This document shows, piece after piece, positions 28,201 through 30,110 of a DNA stretch of 30,110 bases. Each line of letters opens with the position of its first letter. Position 1 is the first letter of the stretch. This DNA comes from an uncultured Eubacteriales bacterium (GTDB lineage Bacteria > Bacillota > Clostridia > Christensenellales > DTU072): assembly GCA_902766325.1 (NCBI GenBank), contig CACXDF010000220.1, positions 1-30,110 on the forward strand, in the 5' to 3' direction. The notes under the pieces are model-generated. The model was not told the DNA's origin, made no database searches, and saw only the letters and a list, made by a program, of their open reading frames with translations. The position numbers and the translations under genes are program-made.

Positions 28201-30110
28201 GCCGGTCTTGTCGATCCGGCCGATTTGTCGTCCTATTACGTCGACGCGACGGGGTGTTATACCTTGGTCGAGCAGGAAGAGGACGTCTCTTATTCCGTAG
28301 GAGATCCCGTTCCGAGCAATATGTATTATGAGATCACGGCGGATGGGATTTGTCGCTATACAAGGGACGAGACCTTTATTTCCGGCAAAAAGTATTACGT
28401 ATTCCGCGCCGATAACACGTATTTGCCGGCAGATGCGGACGTAACGTCTTATTATTTTGAAAACGTTTCCGATTACGGCGTTCGCGCGTTGATCGCAGGT
28501 AAAGATTATACGGTCGGCGACGCTGTGTCCGATAATACGTATACCGTCGACGATAAGTGGTACACCTGTCTTACTTCGGGTGTTTATGAGCAAAACAAGC
28601 GTTACTTTATCTTAGAAGCCGCTTCGGGCTATATCCGTTCGGGCGATCTTCCGACAACGTTCGTCAAGAGCGGAAGCGATCGGTTTATGGCCGTTCTTCT
28701 GAAAAATTATACCATCGGCGCGGCGATCCCGAATAACACGTTCTATACGCTTGCTCCCGACGGAAGATTGATCTACGCAAGCGGAGTATTCGTCGAGGGT
28801 ACGGACTATTACGCCAAATCGACGAACGGTTTTGCGTACGGCGCGAATGAAACCGAGCTGTATATCGTCGACAGCAGATATAACAGCTTTTACGAGAAAG
28901 ACACGACTTCTCTTAACGGAACGTCCGCCGTCGGCAGTTATGTCCGCAAAGAGGACGGCAGAATGGTCGCCGTAACTTCCGGAAACTATACGACCGGCGT
29001 TACTTATTACGAAAGCGTCAATATCGGTCTCGTACAGATCGCGCGGCTCGGCGACTACTACGTATCAGGTTCGGGTCGATATTCCGTAGAAAAAACGGCG
29101 TTTTCTACCGACGCTTACGTTTATTTAAAGAACGGAGAATACGTCAAGACGACGGATGCTACGGCAAAGGACGGTACCTCTTATTATCGCTTCTTTACGG
29201 GCGGATTCGTGCAGAATAAGTATTATTCGCAATACTACGTTCCTACCGAGGTGTTCAGAACGGATAAAGTCATTTACGAACACTATCGATACGGAAACGA
29301 CGTTCCTTATGCGGTAGAGAACGAAACGGACGATTTCTATTCGAAAACGGTACCCGGTCGCGTATATGAAAAAGACGGCGATAAGTACTATACGACTTCC
29401 GACGCTGTATTCGTCGTCGGTAAAGAGTATTATTTGTTCGTTCCCGTGACCGATTTTTCCGACAGAGAAACGACGGACGGCTTATACGTGTTCAGAAAAG
29501 GATACGTCCGCTCTCAACTGTCTTACGCCGCGCTCAGAAAGGCGGTACCGGGCGTTGATTATCAGATCGGTAGGTTCGTTTCGGGCGGGTTCTTTACTTT
29601 GAACGCAAATTCCGTACCGTTCGAAGTGCCCGGCGGCAGTATGTTCTCAGCCGATACCGTTTATTATCGTCTGAACGATTATTACGGCATTACGTCGATC
29701 CCGATCTATTACGAACAGAACGTAGACGGGTCGTATTCGGTCACGACCGACCGTACTTTCAATAACGCGAAGAGCTATTATGCGTTTACCGAAGAATCGG
29801 TCGTAGTCGGCGATATGATCCCGCAAGGTTTCTATTTTGTGAAGAGCGGCACCGACTTTGTCGAAACCACGGAAGAGACCTTCCTGCAAGACGTCGATTA
29901 TTATACCGTAAGAATGGTAAGCGTGACCAACGGCGCTTACGTTGTGAACGGATTGTACGAGAAAGCGGGCGATATCTACGTCGTTACCGGCGATACCGTC
30001 ATGGATGGAAACAAGTCGTATTATCGTTTTGCTAAAGATAACTCGGTAAGCAACTCCGATCCCGTCTTATTGTATGAAAAAGTGGGCGACGAGTACGTTC
30101 TTACGAGCGA
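16225..30110 (+). CDS. Gene C: 3'-truncated giant lipoprotein (>4628 aa): Big_3-like array, MBG/YDG-like domains, Tyr-rich repeat array; absent from the ORF track
   Basis: Frame +1 from ATG 16225 (alternative ATG 16228) read by hand to base 30110 with no stop. MMRKKSASALLILLLVCFLLLTLFA-C26 (Cys codon 16300-16302) is a type II signal with lipobox. Next come Big_3-type units (ITTMPKTNYYVGDKFSVGNADITVYYENGKSEHVPLTLNMISGFDSNVVGDQILTVFY; NMPDKTNYVIGESLDVSGMKILVTYSNN), then MBG (PTEVGRYTMVVSYAGD; KKVYGDRDP) and YDG-like (TKDYDG, SKDYDG, TKEYNG) units. Confidence 0.88.
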   Translation, partial: MMRKKSASALLILLLVCFLLLTLFACNDRNGISQESPIQKIIITTMPKTNYYVGDKFSVGNADITVYYENGKSEHVPLTLNMISGFDSNVVGDQILTVFYKNQTAYLTVKVSVAPVYSVQLVNMPDKTNYVIGESLDVSGMKILVTYSNNYTEIIDVTEDMISLFSTEREGETEMTVSYGGKSCMAAYSVATKTADHIEISLGDSFRIAYVVGDAFELTGGSFFVHYNDNTSEFLDWDALYEQGALTYVIEKETNNVFTTSALERNVFLYYKGEKYQTAVTVAAKRPQGISVMSDAPDQILKGHIDLTGGQLYVVYNSKQTGYVARVKDSTAEARRAYASGVWNTARSAYFTLKNGEYVGAASDFDNNAVYYTSSETAFADRYQTRKEFLYVKKNSTFEKAPEEYDASVVYYIPSNARLFDFDDQINVDVVWNDFDINVVGEYSIRLTVDGASLDYRIKVIAPSPIALEVYPTEGDVNVDAVTGAYYVYQDETIHVTDWEYKIKQNNDTYSIISSTGAYSANVTSEMYVGSTFMTNHAVGTYDYDFSFTTVTGITLRCSVPVEVRQRVIVSATVVNPTRVVYSVGDEVSLAGGSLRVRYINGVEGQTMSFTADMLYAEDPTGNSPVRYVAQDGSVVPLVKSGTDAFTASVGTSKLYIYYEDAYYNTSYATEFDITVIVKAIAIALNEDKETKNDYILGEDFSMANWEVVITYADQSYATENDFSDSRWTIEGNDLSTVGTHTITLYYGDKSDNVALTYVCTVHNDIVSVRPNVDFIGCTTEGKGFDFEGLNFVAVRENGDEENVPMAAMTISKTKAGAYVSVPTEYAPATFVNEENWSVYGLSLYEKSGGSYVFATAFDISKEYYYAVDNMTNISFTYSGKEAIVSSLVVSRRVESVFVAAYPETEYVLASAGEWDLSDLVLQIAFDNGTTAVVKHADTGSTVTFSQSGDRYVFTLNNMTYYFEVKTESGVNYSLSDIKNDLQSQSAEEFIEKDLVFSVEDVAYRAPVFSASVPFYCFNQKVVSIHAEIGVPVVSGSEVIRVNEFTDTTVYLNEGLALYTVSSNGEYSFVDDNGTKRFVYNDSVVKTDYLDCIYLVVEYDTTTVYKKLADVASSSGFSVSGYKENKTGAQTIRLTYLLKDCSFMAYVRPDVPYAISFVDENGQNVTEATVIENMDIDPNKISVSVELRDADGDAVATRRKVDFSDAACTYDKTEAIVFTEKNTDDIFYTQKTVTVTYEGCSKDLTLTILKKSVSEIVIQNMPRQVYAELPEFASTDESVLLYTDSNGEIGTILVRYNNGTSEIVPLNDSRLRVNAAQFNTKLVLNDGAEQSQIITIGFTDENNVTKETHYNVIVRDRKYLTISYDSSNNLSFDNVYYCQYGTGADARPKFDVYYYSDFYMNAPVAFNGYSVKYEYHDDVLGDVTRTVWPTEVGRYTMVVSYAGDYANNAFEDRSVTIEITKKQIGISVEDMSLTFGDKFSGTATDVTSLRALGFTWNMSGVTGGRLTGDAFVLGDTLDNVVSVSFELQKDGRKVDPAFSGDNSYLVMTLNVGSYYIKPIITLKKANYTVPEGVGDLGATLTVVKKAIKIVALDEKKVYGDRDPVYRFEIYDETDNLLGGNYYRELTGYTVGDPVAESVFICDPVTGIYSQAAGTYESGKTYYVFKAEIEIDPIFVDTASSSYRLVRSGTDTDNVNDYHRIFNGDTEGTLDNYSLIDYSYASLIVLPAELTLTASRTTRPFGTADMSIDYIAAATSSFKYNDDFDSVFGPYFTQSAVLYYDMTGKSVYETLTEGLSSYDDWAVLYRNLEIDGFESVVYMGATYAVVPIALACGTYTCRMSDVYSDVVKNYIVTTQPFEMEILPIGVRLNVGSVLLYEKSLIKDGRRNAFIDYFSFPREEFLTVNIYGETLTFSDFVFSVDNRDDIENLYADWMSKLIVGAEYETGTGSKYLLSSDFLSGFTFIKERGTDTGVYRVSVGYNYSDNFSDFSVISRNEDKNKNYFSFYYDIFRNQYAQVSTMQATAYDTDAYVIVLPGFADLKYYKVDEDGKRYQEVYNLNKASSWGLNAEYSVDQENYYGMSSIGTDSVTYSITPKAGTQFIVYNRENCLAAGDYTGSVTYSYFADVNKSSKFSTNYIYLGNMSVLLDSDIASVLNYVLFGTVTDGALTFNNTFDYTVTQKPVSVYIENGDVQYNFANQTLIARVDGSLAEGDRLNFLFDVSVVYNSKTDVVNKNASTIRSFKYYSVVPEELLTRENLPTYYEYGSRGFVLTQDTIPMNRKAYYLLTEASDPSVEAYDIAYSGTYTVRLNDLGNANYCLETDETVQKTFAVVPNEIPILLYNKAAMPQVSTTDFTFEETYAKKAFSPIDYSWTSTTYANSLLFDSIDLSQLSSVNSSATRKIGTAAIGGQTYDVNVKFRGTFPSLTVTGRTISISGSNGRTLAQDTYSSEYDYYFYFVDGGNERKVYYDAGTGSYYYKDAPYTTFKTTTCTITDYYFDENGVLHRPQPLVNTPNTLFIYSEDEPGSGNRPVYVKRDPDTKRVLGYDIVSRDTSDYVNYTVVFVYLDNGVYRECDDAHLFSFVINPAEVSLYNFSSANTKDYDGIDAAIANTSKLTVNGALSNDPISVSDIQFDFERIDAEGSTYITIGGVRYYLVENDDMSSVGLFKVRAFYSDNYEIVFKGNGAYNGSPSPYGLYTIKRVKATFEFNNEIAAYLSKDYDGSGLTDETLLYSGDLTEFVDRGYNVISKQSKTIVDNFSDIRYQLQVKGYASVFGGTPTAIAQNQIAGYNYSAGVYWFDFYGVFVDKDGNYRRYEDRSNKEEGENRWLNWNYTYIVNNKKDVNKIGDVYYDGIYQIDKRKVYIGIDGQLPANATDTSYTYTKEYNGTTITRSTINTWLDSGVVTVYIYDAVKKDFVPVKDTDFADSFVGGSVSVSGGRESITNVSSSEYFELSASDIATNNTDFIIVNSDIRFMLKAIEIEIMLTYTNADSGNSASITYGKTARENAVNFTLSISEEELKKFNEAIQDGNTYTATQILEKVCNFNNAEFYLFGADNPANAVFRFSLEGKSQSFYLYDKAGDYYYEAADGTYRDDTTYYSRLLVPAGTALDYTKYYVYHEWYERTSDPVSVAGKKYYLMEQVTESDPNFRAGSGVPEDRYFEQFYHYTFTTDTVFRPNVSYYKRNPGTNVYRLVDTSALLGSSVPAETYYTQNGYYALTTDRIFNLQKRYYTAAEYVFTAQNATTTANIYYEMNKYYGENEDDYFMSGKDYYVFTVVPASGSMVGVNVQAETYYERVGDRFVLTSDLTFVRSKLYNGQYYTVSIADVIRGDNAHKKYYTYSSGRHIRVPDGTVRQAGVSYYVFIPTVYSEKEVVTEYYYYYSDGKFFNVYDMRQELDGDKNYYVGYIADKTANENVAYYTEYEAIVKAEGARENGRYYYKAVLMDPTEDTDTYYAVKRLLPGKDYALNGLIPSGSVYENVDDSDTYYLTSDTRYSANKNYYRLSVVSGELVAGDKVGSYYIVSQGYSRAGSSFENTENTYYKVIEAVAGKDYAVSSLIPDSTYYTKVDGEDRYAFAQSRIFAANERYYLFEAIHGVSSVYSMSALFTLNDGSYKKIVALTSGKEYVNGAMIGADEVYYKSNDRYVRETALKYRKGVEYYHFVTAEGYIANSALSDYYVDSSARYTIREMTAGIDYSIGQTIGENVVSADSFEKSNDVEYLAGKLYYGYDNDGYVSGALIGTYSVPADGFYSIKVKSGYTVGQIVQQDVFVLSGDRYKNVRGSTYRSGVTYYAFTEASGFIPKRNIDDYYVSGRGYYSAVLMTKGVDYVVNTPVAEGVYRLIGGRMIAVPTTDNFADGIVYYFLDDAGFIPYSDRADYYVDGRGYYSKKRLSLGVDYSVGDSIGSGVYVYRLGRYVLPEELTFRSGYDYYLMDNVGLVLGSEIVSYCITGEKYYSFTLQTPTEGDRIEGDVFEKESAVFIPTTDTVYRSGKEYYLRSNAGLVDPADLSSYYVDATGCYTLVEQEEDVSYSVGDPVPSNMYYEITADGICRYTRDETFISGKKYYVFRADNTYLPADADVTSYYFENVSDYGVRALIAGKDYTVGDAVSDNTYTVDDKWYTCLTSGVYEQNKRYFILEAASGYIRSGDLPTTFVKSGSDRFMAVLLKNYTIGAAIPNNTFYTLAPDGRLIYASGVFVEGTDYYAKSTNGFAYGANETELYIVDSRYNSFYEKDTTSLNGTSAVGSYVRKEDGRMVAVTSGNYTTGVTYYESVNIGLVQIARLGDYYVSGSGRYSVEKTAFSTDAYVYLKNGEYVKTTDATAKDGTSYYRFFTGGFVQNKYYSQYYVPTEVFRTDKVIYEHYRYGNDVPYAVENETDDFYSKTVPGRVYEKDGDKYYTTSDAVFVVGKEYYLFVPVTDFSDRETTDGLYVFRKGYVRSQLSYAALRKAVPGVDYQIGRFVSGGFFTLNANSVPFEVPGGSMFSADTVYYRLNDYYGITSIPIYYEQNVDGSYSVTTDRTFNNAKSYYAFTEESVVVGDMIPQGFYFVKSGTDFVETTEETFLQDVDYYTVRMVSVTNGAYVVNGLYEKAGDIYVVTGDTVMDGNKSYYRFAKDNSVSNSDPVLLYEKVGDEYVLTS
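16333..20290 (+). repeat. Tandem array of about 12 bacterial Ig-like (Big_3-type) domains in gene C
   Basis: Recurrent P-x-K/R-T-x-Y-x-x-G-(D/E)...(V/L)-x-Y-x-(N/D)-G...G-x-(Q/Y/H)-x-(I/L)-T-(V/L)-x-Y pattern. Units 1-2 are canonical; later ones are degenerate and expanded. Count is approximate. Confidence 0.7.
25429..30110 (+). repeat. Degenerate Tyr-rich protein repeat array (about 30 units, continues past the window end)
   Basis: Recurrent G-x-D-Y-x-V-G-x-x-(I/V)...(Y/F)Y...Y-x-x-T-x-D-x-x-F-x-x-G-K-x-Y-Y, e.g. TSDPVSVAGKKYY, TTDRIFNLQKRYY, TTDTVYRSGKEYY, TRDETFISGKKYY, TSDAVFVVGKEYY, TTDRTFNNAKSYY. Repeats are evident in protein, not as identical DNA. Confidence 0.85.

Noticed and set aside
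570-29889. Many long antisense ORFs in the track (e.g. 6177-7499, 17029-18513, 19969-21543, 24817-25845)
   Set aside because: They lie opposite well-supported + strand genes and lack RBS or recognisable motifs. They are the expected shadow of C-ending codon bias (GAC/TAC/AAC/ATC), which suppresses antisense stops.
25429-30110. CRISPR array, VNTR, or DGR template/variable repeat
   Set aside because: No identical or adenine-only-differing DNA copies seen, and no cas or reverse transcriptase gene. The repeats are degenerate and protein-level.
25429-30110. Calling the repeats choline-/glucan-binding (CW/YG) repeats
   Set aside because: They lack the Trp and G-x-M features and the ~20-aa period of those families. 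The similarity is compositional only.

Overview
All credible genes are on the + strand. The organisation suggests a Bacillota/Clostridia-like anaerobe (inference from lipobox, sigma-A promoter, Big_3/MBG surface domains; no LPxTG or SLH anchors seen). The first 3.5 kb holds the 3' end of a fibronectin-III repeat protein (<1-528), typA/bipA (555-2378) and a DUF624-like membrane protein (2397-3542), closed by an intrinsic terminator. The remaining ~88% is a three-gene giant surface-protein locus. Gene A (3723-14891, 3722 aa) has a signal peptide, a Cys/His cluster, MBG/YDG-type repeats and a C-terminal TM anchor. Gene B (14894-16114, 406 aa) is a translationally coupled miniature of A's C-terminus. 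Gene C (16225->30110, >4628 aa) is MISSING from the supplied ORF track because it has no stop in the window; I translated it by hand: lipoprotein signal, ~12 Big_3-like domains, MBG/YDG-like domains, then ~1560 aa of a Tyr-rich repeat I cannot assign to a family. The same Tyr-rich module also occurs as in-frame inserts inside Ig-like domains of both A and C; this is the best candidate for an undescribed system. No rRNA, tRNA, CRISPR, transposase, integrase or reverse transcriptase was recognised. Domain names come from motif recognition by eye, not database searches.
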